A stretch of 64,000 bases of DNA, taken from IMG/VR virus record IMGVR_UViG_3300029309_000008, positions 25,757-89,756 of that record. One strand, 5' to 3'. The stretch's first letter is position 1. Each line of letters opens with the position of its first letter. Below are positions 1 through 10,378 of this stretch, piece by piece. The position numbers and the translations under genes were made by a program. The stretch is from a virus. The notes beneath the pieces were generated by a model, which worked only from the letters and a program-made list of their open reading frames with translations, ran no database searches and had not been told where the DNA came from.

Positions 1-91
1 TTATGTCCTACAAAAAGTTAGTTCCACTAACAGTGTAGTTTATTTTAATCCATCTCAAGACTTTATATTATTATCTTAAAATTTAGAAAAA

Positions 92-379
92 ATGGCATTA
101 CAAGGTTCAATTACATTCAAAGGTTTACCAGTACCAAAGGCATATCTTGATATTCACAAAATTGTTATAGACGTAGAAAGCATGTCTGCTAACATGGAAT
201 ACAAAGTATATGCAAACGAAGATGTGTTTGCTAAGGATAAAAGCAATCACCTTACAACTCATATAGAAGTTGTACCTGTTCAGGAAGTCTTCATAGATAA
301 ACTCTTACGAGCTGGTAGAGAAGAAGCTAAGAAAGACGGTAAGAAGTTTGGTGGATTTAAGGATTATAGAAGAGAGTAA
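92..379 (+). CDS. hypothetical phage protein (tail-region accessory)
   Basis: 95-aa ORF with an A-rich upstream region, tightly packed with the next gene. Confidence 0.7.
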   Translation: MALQGSITFKGLPVPKAYLDIHKIVIDVESMSANMEYKVYANEDVFAKDKSNHLTTHIEVVPVQEVFIDKLLRAGREEAKKDGKKFGGFKDYRRE

Positions 380-382
380 CCT

Positions 383-1789
383 ATGGCTAATATTGGAAGC
401 ATATCAGGTGTATTAGCATCTGCTATATCTTCAATAGATGGTATAGCTAAGTCTGCTATATCTGCTGTTGATGGGGTATTATTTTCAGTTATTTCCACAT
501 TAATTGCTATTATTGCAAAAGGTACAGCAAATGATGCTATAACTTCGGGAATACAGGGTACTTCAGGGAATTCCAGTTGCGGAAAAACTGTACAATTAGA
601 TTTAGGAAAATATATAACGTTTAATGGTCAGTTAACAAATGCAAATAACCAAAATGTTCTTGGTGTTGGAATAACTCAATCGGATTTAACTCTAACGACT
701 AGTTCTTCAGTATTAAGTGTTTATCCAGGGACTGCTGATTTAGACCCATACGGTAGAGGTCAAGCAATGGGAGCGTGTAAATTAAATTCTAACCAAGCAC
801 TTGTTTGTTCTCCCTCAGTTGGAGTTGGAAATGTCTTTAAGGTATTAACATATAGTGGAGGCACAAATGCTCTTGTTATAGATGCTACATTTAATGATGG
901 TGATTCTGCAAATTTAGTTGACAGGTTCCCAAATTTTCAACTTTTAAAAGTTAGTGGTACTGTATATACAGTTGCATCTACTGGATTGAGTAGAGGAGGA
1001 GCATTCCCTTATGCAAGGGTGTGGGATATAGATATTTCAGGTTCTGGTTCAGCAACATCAAGAGGGATAATTTATCCTATGGGAACAGGACCAGCCTCTG
1101 GTAATGGAAAAACAAACTTATGTTATTTAGGTACTGTTGGTGGAAAAGAATGCTTTGCAATTTTTTATGCTAAATCCACTTCTGGTGCTGGAGTAGCTTA
1201 TTATGCAGTTTATGAATACAATACTTCAACTAATACTTTAGTTGAGACTGTTGGCGATACATTATATAAAAGTGGTTCAAATTCTTTTGAAGGATTTGTA
1301 GATTTTAAAATTGAAGATGGAAGAGGTCCAGTTATGTTTGTAGAAAACAGTGTAGGCTATATTGCAGGTGCAATATATGATGGAACATCGTTTAGTGTTG
1401 GGTCCTCTAGCACATGGGGAACAGCTTCGGATTTAGTAAGATTTCCAGGAATGTGTCCATATTATAATGGTCAAGAAAATTCCACTTCTCAATTTATTAT
1501 TGGTAATGGAAAAAATAGTAACGCGTCTGGACAAACGGCAAAATTTAATGTCTTTCCAGTAAATTATAACTCTTCATCTAATCAATTTGATACTTCTAAA
1601 TATAATACTTCAGATAGTGAAGATGTTTTAGAAGATTCAGCTACAACAACTACATTTAGTGGTGCCATACATAACCCATTTATAGGTACACAAAACACAG
1701 AATTTGGCTCAGTTGTTACCACTTATAGAGATTCTGTAGGAACATTTAGAGGACAAAGAGCTAATGCATTTAAAATGAGTAAGACATAA
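383..1789 (+). CDS. putative virion fibre/spike or beta-rich structural protein
   Basis: 468 aa, G/S/T/N-rich beta-type composition; N-terminal I-x-x-I-x-G-V repeats; structural gene context. Confidence 0.5.
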   Translation: MANIGSISGVLASAISSIDGIAKSAISAVDGVLFSVISTLIAIIAKGTANDAITSGIQGTSGNSSCGKTVQLDLGKYITFNGQLTNANNQNVLGVGITQSDLTLTTSSSVLSVYPGTADLDPYGRGQAMGACKLNSNQALVCSPSVGVGNVFKVLTYSGGTNALVIDATFNDGDSANLVDRFPNFQLLKVSGTVYTVASTGLSRGGAFPYARVWDIDISGSGSATSRGIIYPMGTGPASGNGKTNLCYLGTVGGKECFAIFYAKSTSGAGVAYYAVYEYNTSTNTLVETVGDTLYKSGSNSFEGFVDFKIEDGRGPVMFVENSVGYIAGAIYDGTSFSVGSSSTWGTASDLVRFPGMCPYYNGQENSTSQFIIGNGKNSNASGQTAKFNVFPVNYNSSSNQFDTSKYNTSDSEDVLEDSATTTTFSGAIHNPFIGTQNTEFGSVVTTYRDSVGTFRGQRANAFKMSKT

Positions 1790-2055
1790 TGAAATTTTTA
1801 GTAACACAATCAGATAGGCAAATTTGTTTAATTGCAGATAACATCATATTAGAAAGTGATGGGATATACTATGCTTGGGATGATGCATCTCCCCACAAGG
1901 TCACAAGAGCTAACTCAACAGACACCTTAGAAATAGTTGATGTACCTGAAGGAACTCAACTTCCTGATGATGAGTTTATCATAGGTAAGTATGTCTATGA
2001 CTTAGACGGAACATTTAGTATCTATCCTGATTGGGATAATGATGGCATCGATTAA
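1789..2055 (+). CDS. small acidic protein, possible fibre chaperone
   Basis: TAATG-coupled to the upstream gene; acidic 88 aa with GKYxY near the C-terminus. Confidence 0.45.
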   Translation: MKFLVTQSDRQICLIADNIILESDGIYYAWDDASPHKVTRANSTDTLEIVDVPEGTQLPDDEFIIGKYVYDLDGTFSIYPDWDNDGID

Positions 2056-2079
2056 TAGTATATATAAAATATTTTAAAA

Positions 2080-3267
2080 ATGGCAAAACAATACAGCAAA
2101 GACGTTGCTATAAAAAAGCAACAAGTAATGAAAAGTAAATGTAACATGCCAATTGGCTATGTTTCATTAAGTAATTTATTAGGTTCTTTTCCTAAATATG
2201 CAGACAATGCTGCAGCAAAAGAAGCAGGTCTTAGAAACTGTGATGTATACATAAATAGCCTTAATCAACTAGCAGTTGTGAGAGATGCTGCTTTATCTGC
2301 AAGACTACTAGATAAGATAGGGGCAACTCCAATAGCTGCTTATTCTACTAGACTTCTTAGAAATGCTTATACAGGACCCCTAATTAGAGTTAGAAAAGTT
2401 CCACCATTCCCTGGCATAGGAGGAGAAGAGAAGGATATATTTCCTGATTTAAACGGAAATCTAAATGAAGAAATTCTTCTTGACTTTTTAGGAACTTCAG
2501 ATGGAAAGGTAACCAAGTGGTACAATCAGGCAACTACAGGCTCTACCCACGACCTTGCCCAAGCATCAGCTCTTTCACAACCACAATTAGCTACAGGAGG
2601 TGTTCTTAACAAGACAAACAGTAAACCTACTATTAATTTAGGTAGTCAATCTAATTTATTAACATCGGGCACACTAGGATTTGTGGGACAAGGCTCCGCT
2701 GTAGGGGCTTATCACGCTTTTACTGTGGCTAAGGCTTTTAGTAATGGTGCCACTGGAGGGTTGCCTGCAACTTTAGCATCTGGTCCTATAGCAAGGGCTA
2801 TTACATCCACAGGGATAAGCGGTACTGTTATAGCTGAATTTGCAAGGATGCAACGGTCAGGTCTTTTTGACGGTACTTATGATATTGCTACAGAGGACAC
2901 TTTGGGAGCCGCTTCATTTCATCAGACAGGGCTTTCTCCTGTAAATATGTCTTTTAGACGAAGCAACTTTTTAGCTAATGCTGGAAATCAAAGCTACCTT
3001 GAAGCCAAAGACAATGGAGCCGCTGAATTGACTGTCACTTTGAATAATAGTTCAAACTTAGTAGCTGCAATAGGTAACGCACATCAAGCCGATGGTGTCT
3101 TAGAAATAGGTGGTCGAGGTTCATCTCCTAACGTTGCTTACACTAATAGTTTTCTTCTCACAAAAGAAATACAAGAATACATCCATTTTGGAGACAGCAA
3201 TACATCTATTGATGTAGCTGCATCTATAATTAAGAACGACATTAATAATTACTACTCAATATTTTAA
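2080..3267 (+). CDS. tail-fibre-associated protein with arabinofuranosidase-B/ConA-like beta-sandwich domain
   Basis: Motifs AAYSTRLLRNAYTGPLIRVR, VTKWYNQ, QPQL and a C-terminal 'INNYYSI'; N-terminal YADNAAA-x-AGL motif recalled from Flavobacteriia phage fibres. Confidence 0.55.
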   Translation: MAKQYSKDVAIKKQQVMKSKCNMPIGYVSLSNLLGSFPKYADNAAAKEAGLRNCDVYINSLNQLAVVRDAALSARLLDKIGATPIAAYSTRLLRNAYTGPLIRVRKVPPFPGIGGEEKDIFPDLNGNLNEEILLDFLGTSDGKVTKWYNQATTGSTHDLAQASALSQPQLATGGVLNKTNSKPTINLGSQSNLLTSGTLGFVGQGSAVGAYHAFTVAKAFSNGATGGLPATLASGPIARAITSTGISGTVIAEFARMQRSGLFDGTYDIATEDTLGAASFHQTGLSPVNMSFRRSNFLANAGNQSYLEAKDNGAAELTVTLNNSSNLVAAIGNAHQADGVLEIGGRGSSPNVAYTNSFLLTKEIQEYIHFGDSNTSIDVAASIIKNDINNYYSIF

Positions 3268-3269
3268 TC

Positions 3270-3551
3270 ATGCATTTATATTATCCATTTCCAAATAATG
3301 AAGCATCAAAGGATGCTAGTATGAATATCTACGACCTAAACGCTCCTTCAAGAAGTGAGCGTGTAACGTTATATGCTTTTGATTGGTTTCCAAATGAAAA
3401 CGATGATACTTGCGTTATTGCTTGGGAAGATGAAGAACAAGTTTTTAATACTGGCGACATACTAAATGGTATCACTCCTTTAACAGAAGAAGAAGCTATT
3501 GAAGCAGGATACCAACTAGGTGATGAGTATAGTGGCGTTAGGAACATATAG
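3270..3551 (+). CDS. small acidic hypothetical protein
   Basis: 93-aa ORF, 2 nt after the upstream stop. Confidence 0.65.
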   Translation: MHLYYPFPNNEASKDASMNIYDLNAPSRSERVTLYAFDWFPNENDDTCVIAWEDEEQVFNTGDILNGITPLTEEEAIEAGYQLGDEYSGVRNI

Positions 3552-3562
3552 AATAAGAGAAG

Positions 3563-4156
3563 ATGATAGATTTGTGGATAGCTCTTGTGGGGCTTTTGAG
3601 TGTATTTGTAGGGGGGATATTGGGTGTTATAAGTTCAAACTTTGATGCCTTTAAATATATGGTTCCTAAAAAGTGGAGACGAGAAACTGATTTTGGCCAA
3701 GTGGTATCTACAAAACTACATCTTGACACCTTAGCTAGATTGTTACAAAACAGAGCTAATGTTAACAAAGCGGTCCTTATACACGTATCTAACGGAGGAA
3801 CCATGGTGAAACCAGAGGGACTTCTGTATGGAACAATTATCAACCCTACAGAATTTACCCACACATTTAACAAACAAACTCTTGATAACGAGTACATACA
3901 TATGGTACAAGAAATATATCAAGATGGTAAAACAAAGAGAAGTGTAAAAGAATTGAATGCTAATGGATTACTAAGACCTTTATTGGTAACGCAGAAAGTT
4001 GGTGAAACCCATTGCTTTCACGTTAAAGAAATTCATCACAAAAACAATTTTTGTTACATCTTCTTGGCTGTTGACGTTCACATGGGTGCAACGCTAAATG
4101 ACGAGGATTTTGATGCAATCAGGAACGTCATCAGTCAGATACAAAACATATTGTAA
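3563..4156 (+). CDS. putative holin (single N-terminal TM plus soluble domain)
   Basis: N-terminal hydrophobic helix WIALVGLLSVFVGGILGVI followed by a globular domain (T4 T-like architecture); precedes a spanin-like pair. Confidence 0.4.
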   Translation: MIDLWIALVGLLSVFVGGILGVISSNFDAFKYMVPKKWRRETDFGQVVSTKLHLDTLARLLQNRANVNKAVLIHVSNGGTMVKPEGLLYGTIINPTEFTHTFNKQTLDNEYIHMVQEIYQDGKTKRSVKELNANGLLRPLLVTQKVGETHCFHVKEIHHKNNFCYIFLAVDVHMGATLNDEDFDAIRNVISQIQNIL

Positions 4157-4563
4157 TGAATTTTGATATTAAAGATATTTTACTTAAATTAGAGTCCCGT
4201 GGGGTAGGTAAAATACTGGACTTTTTACTGAGGACCGCCATCTTAATAATATTAACTATTATACTGTCTACAAGGAGCTGCAACTCTGATGTCAGTTATC
4301 TAGACCAAGAAATTATTAAGAAGAGAGAAAAGGTAGAGGAACAACTTGATGCTCTACTAAAATCCACTAAAGATATTGAAAAACTACAAGTTAAATTAGA
4401 TAGCTTGCAATCAAATATTTATAGTGAGTTAAATCAATTTGAAAACCTACTAACTAGAAACATTTATGAAACCGATTCTACTCTCATTATTATTAGTAAT
4501 ACTAACATTGACAGCCTTCTCTCAAACATCCCCGAATACCGTGGAGGAGATGGAGGTCTTTAG
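4156..4563 (+). CDS. putative spanin component (TM or lipoprotein plus coiled coil)
   Basis: Hydrophobic AILIILTIILS followed by TRSC, then a coiled-coil-like stretch; overlaps the next gene by 98 nt. Confidence 0.4.
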   Translation: MNFDIKDILLKLESRGVGKILDFLLRTAILIILTIILSTRSCNSDVSYLDQEIIKKREKVEEQLDALLKSTKDIEKLQVKLDSLQSNIYSELNQFENLLTRNIYETDSTLIIISNTNIDSLLSNIPEYRGGDGGL

Positions 4564-4933
4564 GTTTGAAGCAGATGACACTACATATGTAATGTTTTAT
4601 GCTGATGACTATAAAAAGTTATTAGAAATAGGTAGAGAAAATGTTTTACTAAACAATATAAAAGACTCTCTCACAATAAGTTACAATTCATTGGTGGGAA
4701 GCATTGATGTGTTTGTGATGGAGTATGAGGCTGTTGTAAGTTATATAGACACTATGAAAATAGTAGCTAACGACCTACAAAAAAGTTTTAAAAAGTATAC
4801 GGATGTTACCGAGACCAAATTAGAAAAGGCAGTGAGAAAATGGTACAGGTGGAGGTCGGTAGCATTAACATCAATAGGATTTAACTTTTTACAAGTTGGA
4901 GCCTTGATAACGACTATTAAAGTATTAAAATGA
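4466..4933 (+). CDS. putative spanin component (signal peptide plus C-terminal TM)
   Basis: MKPILLSLLLVILTLTAFS signal peptide, helical middle region, hydrophobic C-terminus. Confidence 0.4.
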   Translation: MKPILLSLLLVILTLTAFSQTSPNTVEEMEVFRFEADDTTYVMFYADDYKKLLEIGRENVLLNNIKDSLTISYNSLVGSIDVFVMEYEAVVSYIDTMKIVANDLQKSFKKYTDVTETKLEKAVRKWYRWRSVALTSIGFNFLQVGALITTIKVLK

Positions 4934-5505
4934 CAAACGGACTAGACCCAGTATTAAATTTTGAAGTTACTCCTTCTTGGGATAGTAGGGTTCTTGTAAT
5001 TACTGATATTTCCGATTGGAAGCACCTCATAGATGAGCCTTCTTATATAGAGATAACACTACCTGGTTCTAAGACCCCCGTAAGACATAGTTATTCTAAA
5101 AACAAGGTAATGGTGTTTAATGCTAGTACTTTGAACTTTGGTTGTAACAGTGGTTGCGAAGACGAACTGCCCACGTTACCTGATGGTATTTACAAGATAA
5201 AAATCTATGTTTGTGAGGGCACCCAATTTTCTTATGAAAAACATGTTCTTAGGACTGTTAATCTAGAAATAAGACTTCAAAGAGAGATAATGGCACTTGA
5301 TATTGAATGTATGCCAAATTCAGGATGCTTAAATAAAATTATAGAAGCTGAGTTTATGATTAAGGGAGCAAAGGCAGATATTTTCTTCGGAAATATCACT
5401 TCTGCTCAACGAAAGTATCATCTAGCTGTTGACATAGTAGAACACGTTGAACATTGTGACTGCTCAAAAAATTGTGGAAATGGACACACTACAACGACTT
5501 ACTAA
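4930..5505 (+). CDS. crAss-like conserved structural (ring/hub-type) protein
   Basis: LPDGIYxI motif, Ig-like N-half, Cys-rich C-terminus; ATGA-coupled. Confidence 0.5.
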   Translation: MTNGLDPVLNFEVTPSWDSRVLVITDISDWKHLIDEPSYIEITLPGSKTPVRHSYSKNKVMVFNASTLNFGCNSGCEDELPTLPDGIYKIKIYVCEGTQFSYEKHVLRTVNLEIRLQREIMALDIECMPNSGCLNKIIEAEFMIKGAKADIFFGNITSAQRKYHLAVDIVEHVEHCDCSKNCGNGHTTTTY

Positions 5506-5731
5506 TACGGAACAGTCCATATACGAGAAGATACAGAGATATTATCAGAAAAAATCTGATGGTCTTCTTCACAATTATATGTTTGACAAGGAGTTTCATT
5601 TTGATATACCTAATTGTACTATAGTTAAAACCTTTGAAAACATAATATGCCAAGACCTAGATTGTGATTATGGTATAGACAGCTGTATGTTAGAAAAAAT
5701 GAATATATACTTAGAAAAAAATAAAAAATGA
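5480..5731 (+). CDS. hypothetical Cys-containing protein
   Basis: The ORF track starts at TTG 5447; ATG 5480 is the more likely start. Confidence 0.6.
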   Translation: MDTLQRLTNTEQSIYEKIQRYYQKKSDGLLHNYMFDKEFHFDIPNCTIVKTFENIICQDLDCDYGIDSCMLEKMNIYLEKNKK

Positions 5732-6228
5732 GTTGCAGTAATTACAAATTCAAAGACACTTGTGGAGAATCTATATTTGCACCATGTGTTTATGTAGAGC
5801 AAACCTTTCCCGACATCTCTTCGTTATCAAGTGAAAGTTGTACGGACCTAGACAAAGTTATTGCTGATTTGTACACACTCGTAAATAAGAGTTACGTAGA
5901 CATGCATACGTATGCAAAAGGTTGTTTAGACTACTCCCCCACAACAGATGCTGACATTAAACCTGTTCAAGTTCTCAATAAGTTAACAGAGGAGGTTTGT
6001 AAACTTCAGCCTCTAATGGGACTAATAGACACCACAGTAAACCCTAATGTTTTAAAGAAGATACCAGAGTTTGATATTAATAAACTTAATCTCTGTTGTC
6101 TTGTTCCAGACCCTTGCGGAGCTACTCCTGCTACTTTAGAGCAGCTATTACAAATTATTATTAATAAGGTTTGTTTGTGTTGTGATAGTATTACTTGTGC
6201 ATCTAACCCAACATTATTCCCATCTTAA
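5728..6228 (+). CDS. Cys-rich virion protein (fibre/hub-like)
   Basis: Repeated C-V-Y and L-x-x-L-L-Q-x-I-I-x-K-V-C helical units. Confidence 0.55.
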   Translation: MSCSNYKFKDTCGESIFAPCVYVEQTFPDISSLSSESCTDLDKVIADLYTLVNKSYVDMHTYAKGCLDYSPTTDADIKPVQVLNKLTEEVCKLQPLMGLIDTTVNPNVLKKIPEFDINKLNLCCLVPDPCGATPATLEQLLQIIINKVCLCCDSITCASNPTLFPS

Positions 6229-6238
6229 AATTTAAATA

Positions 6239-6994
6239 ATGGCTTGTAAAAATTGTAAAGACGTAGTAGTAGAAAGTTGTGATACCTGTTATTGCAGCGA
6301 CACGGTTTGTACACCCTGTAAAATAAAATTAGCTGATAGATGTATAACTATTACATCGAACCTACCTGGTATTGCACCAAACCTGGAATGTAAGGACTTA
6401 AATACTGTGTTGTTAGCTATAAACAACAAATTAAGCAGTAGTCTAACCATTGCATCCAATCAGTTTTTTGCAACTGATGGTACTGCTAACTTTCCAGGTC
6501 CAGGCGATAATTATAGATGGGCTGGAGAGATAGTTACAGGTGTAAACTTATGGGACCAGAATAATTATACAGAGGGACTTGATGCTCCAAAAACAGGGTT
6601 TACTACTGTATCAGACCAAAGAATGGCAGGTATACCTGTACCTTTTGATATTGCTGCAGGGGAGAAGATAGTTCTTACAGGTACATTCAGTAATTTACAC
6701 TCCGTACAAGTAAATGGCAAGGTAGAGGTAGGAGTTACGCCATGTGCAGGTAGCGACACATCTTTACCTCGCACAATAGCTCCGCTTGTAGAAGCATCTA
6801 CACCTGCTAACAATGACATAGTGATGGAAAACTTCTATGGGGAGACCATGTACTCAACATGTTTTAGAAAGGAATTTAATGCCCCTGAAGGAGGCATTAC
6901 TAAAGGTTCAGACCTGCTTGTAGTGGGGTGGCAATTAAGTAGAACATTAACTGCTAGTGATAAGTTAGTAGTTGCATGGACGTTATCTGTTTAA
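6239..6994 (+). CDS. Cys-rich N-terminal fibre-like virion protein
   Basis: CxxC-rich N-terminus, short helical stalk, beta-rich C-terminal domain. Confidence 0.55.
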   Translation: MACKNCKDVVVESCDTCYCSDTVCTPCKIKLADRCITITSNLPGIAPNLECKDLNTVLLAINNKLSSSLTIASNQFFATDGTANFPGPGDNYRWAGEIVTGVNLWDQNNYTEGLDAPKTGFTTVSDQRMAGIPVPFDIAAGEKIVLTGTFSNLHSVQVNGKVEVGVTPCAGSDTSLPRTIAPLVEASTPANNDIVMENFYGETMYSTCFRKEFNAPEGGITKGSDLLVVGWQLSRTLTASDKLVVAWTLSV

Positions 6995-7009
6995 AATAAA
7001 TAAAAACCA

Positions 7010-7162
7010 ATGGAAAAATTTATTATAGATGGAGGATTATTAAATGATGTAAAAATGGTTATTCTGAATGGTAAGCAAGAAGTGGCAACAGCTCAACAAA
7101 TTATCAGTATTATGAATAGGCTACAGAATTTAACTCCACAAGAAACACCAGAAAAAGAATAA
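7010..7162 (+). CDS. small hypothetical protein (50 aa, not in ORF track)
   Basis: ATG 7010 to TAA 7162 encodes [11 protein letters not shown]...ETPEKE and fills the gap between flanking genes; A-rich upstream. Confidence 0.65.
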   Translation: MEKFIIDGGLLNDVKMVILNGKQEVATAQQIISIMNRLQNLTPQETPEKE

Positions 7163-7163
7163 A

Positions 7164-8237
<1,074 letters not shown>

Positions 8238-8239
8238 TA

Positions 8240-9073
8240 ATGGGAAGTTTTAGATATCAAAAACAATTTGAAATATTAGCCGCTGGGGGCACAAATACGG
8301 TCTTAACTACAGACCCACATAGTAGTTATGTTATAAAGTCTACTGGCCACGTATCACTAGGAGCTAATAATTGGAGTGTCACTTACACAGGAACAGTCGC
8401 AGGGCAAACTATCATTACAAACTATATTGCTAACGTAGACTCCTCGGGAACAGGAACAGTTACTATTAACGGCACAGTGATTCCAGAGTATTTGACTTGT
8501 ATACAAAATGGGACAGGAGCAGGACAAACAGCTTCTGATTTATATGTAGTTTCTGTATATGATGGGGCTGCTTGGACTAATACTATTTTAATAGATAGGA
8601 CTAATGACCCTTTCGTCACTCCTTTCCTTACAATTGCCCCAGTATTATACACACCAGGAGTAAGTGATATAGTAGGACCATTGAGGTCAGGAAGGTTCTC
8701 TATAACTTCACCAGCTACTGGCATTTCGGATGCTACTTATATTTGGCAAAGAATAGGTAACGTAGTTACAGGAAACCTACAACTATCTATCAGCGATAGA
8801 ACGGCACTACCAATTGTAGCTGATAATCTTGATTTCACAATAGATGTCCCTGTTAGGCCTTCTTCTGCAGGTATTTCAAATTTACATGGAACGGGTACTG
8901 CACAATTATTTGCTTCAGCTAATCCAAATAAATTTTATCCAGTGTTTGTTCAAAATGATACAGGAGTACCAACTACTAAAATTAGAGTACTAGCTGAGAA
9001 TTTAAGTACAGCAAGTGTGACAGGAGGTACAGGCCTAGGTTCTATTTCTATAGAATTTAGCTATTACATATAA
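8240..9073 (+). CDS. tail fibre-like protein
   Basis: Beta-rich, T/G-rich; the WQRIGNVVT motif is typical of fibre C-terminal domains. Confidence 0.55.
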   Translation: MGSFRYQKQFEILAAGGTNTVLTTDPHSSYVIKSTGHVSLGANNWSVTYTGTVAGQTIITNYIANVDSSGTGTVTINGTVIPEYLTCIQNGTGAGQTASDLYVVSVYDGAAWTNTILIDRTNDPFVTPFLTIAPVLYTPGVSDIVGPLRSGRFSITSPATGISDATYIWQRIGNVVTGNLQLSISDRTALPIVADNLDFTIDVPVRPSSAGISNLHGTGTAQLFASANPNKFYPVFVQNDTGVPTTKIRVLAENLSTASVTGGTGLGSISIEFSYYI

Positions 9074-9110
9074 AATTAAAAGGGTGGTTTTGGTTGGTTT
9101 TCCACCTGCT

Positions 9111-9140
9111 GGGGGGTTCTTTTAGAGCCCCCTTTGTTAT
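9111..9140 (+). terminator. intrinsic terminator
   Basis: GGGGGTTCT-TTT-AGAGCCCCC hairpin followed by TTTGTTAT, downstream of the fibre genes. Confidence 0.7.
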
Positions 9141-9185
9141 TGTAATAAATTTGTATATTTAATTAATTTTCACTAATTTAGAAGA

Positions 9186-9884
9186 ATGACTGTTGGACAA
9201 TTTATCTCGGATGTAAAAAACTCTGTTCAAGCTATCAGACAAGATGATAGAATAAGTAATAAGTATATCCATTCGTTAGCAAGGGATTATACTAGTTTTA
9301 TATTGTCACAAAGACAATTGAGAGATGTATTTAGAGATAGCACTATCTTTACAGAGGTAACTTGTGTTGAAATGAAACAAATTCGTGCTGATAAGTGTGA
9401 TATTGCAGAGTTTAGAAAGTGCGATAAAGTCATGAAATCTGAGTGCAAGCTTCCAAATATTTTCAATTCTTCTATCGGGCCTATCATTATTGCAGTTTCA
9501 AATATTACAGGAGAAACTCAATATCAGCAGCTAAGAACAGCAGCAGACTACAAAAGTCAGCAGAAAAGAAAGTTCCAAACTGCCGTTAATTATTTTTATT
9601 TAGCTAACGGTTTTTTGTATGTTGTAGGGAGTACGCCCGAAAGGATATCAATAACTGCTCTATTTGAAGACCAACTTGAAGCAGAACAGTTTTCCGCTTG
9701 CTCTGGTGTTGATAGCTGTGAGTCTGCTCTTGATTATAAAATTATTATACCTAACAAGTATATCTCTACAGTAAAAGACCAAGTGGTACAACATTTAATT
9801 AAAACAAGAAAAAATATACCAGCCGATGAAAATCCCGATTTAGATAGTAACCAGAAAACTGGATTAGTAGCTAAACGTAAGTAA
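9186..9884 (+). CDS. crAss-like tail ring/structural protein
   Basis: DDRIS, C-V-E-M, LP-x-I and YFYLANGFLY motifs; sits just before the IHF-like, tubular and muzzle genes, matching crAss-like synteny. Confidence 0.55.
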   Translation: MTVGQFISDVKNSVQAIRQDDRISNKYIHSLARDYTSFILSQRQLRDVFRDSTIFTEVTCVEMKQIRADKCDIAEFRKCDKVMKSECKLPNIFNSSIGPIIIAVSNITGETQYQQLRTAADYKSQQKRKFQTAVNYFYLANGFLYVVGSTPERISITALFEDQLEAEQFSACSGVDSCESALDYKIIIPNKYISTVKDQVVQHLIKTRKNIPADENPDLDSNQKTGLVAKRK

Positions 9885-10378
9885 TGTTTAAACGAGGTGA
9901 TAGAAAACCATCTTCGTGGGGAGTTCCTGTAAATGTGATGGGTAAAAACTTTGAACGAAAAGTTAAAAGAAAATATCCCAACTTAAAAGACAGGTATACT
10001 CCGACTGAGTGGGCTAACATAAAAAAAGAGTTCTGGGGAACTGCAGCTGATGTTTTGATAAATCAGCCTAACGGAATAGTTTTAGATGGGATAGGATACT
10101 TTTGTTTCCCAGCCTACATAAAAAAAAGTAAATTCCCCTACACAAACAGAACCAATTTTAAGAACAAAGGACTATTGTATTACAGTCAGTTTTTTGGTCA
10201 TGTATTTAATAATTTTTTCTTGAGAGGACTAAGTTTTGAATTTATAAGACCACAAAAGAATAAATGGAAAGACAAAGTAAACGAAGGATACGAATATAAG
10301 TGTCACTACAAGAATATAGATAACATCATAGGCAATGGAAAAAAGCACTTACATCCCACTAGAAGAATTTATCGCTGA
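9884..10378 (+). CDS. IHF/HU-like DNA-binding protein (crAss-type)
   Basis: Basic protein; IVLDGIGYF resembles the HU/IHF V-x-L-x-GFG-x-F motif; crAss-like synteny. Confidence 0.5.
   Translation: MFKRGDRKPSSWGVPVNVMGKNFERKVKRKYPNLKDRYTPTEWANIKKEFWGTAADVLINQPNGIVLDGIGYFCFPAYIKKSKFPYTNRTNFKNKGLLYYSQFFGHVFNNFFLRGLSFEFIRPQKNKWKDKVNEGYEYKCHYKNIDNIIGNGKKHLHPTRRIYR

Noticed and set aside
9082-9106. GGTGG...CCACC hairpin before the terminator as an ncRNA or attenuator
   Set aside because: Only a 5-bp stem with a long loop; insufficient evidence
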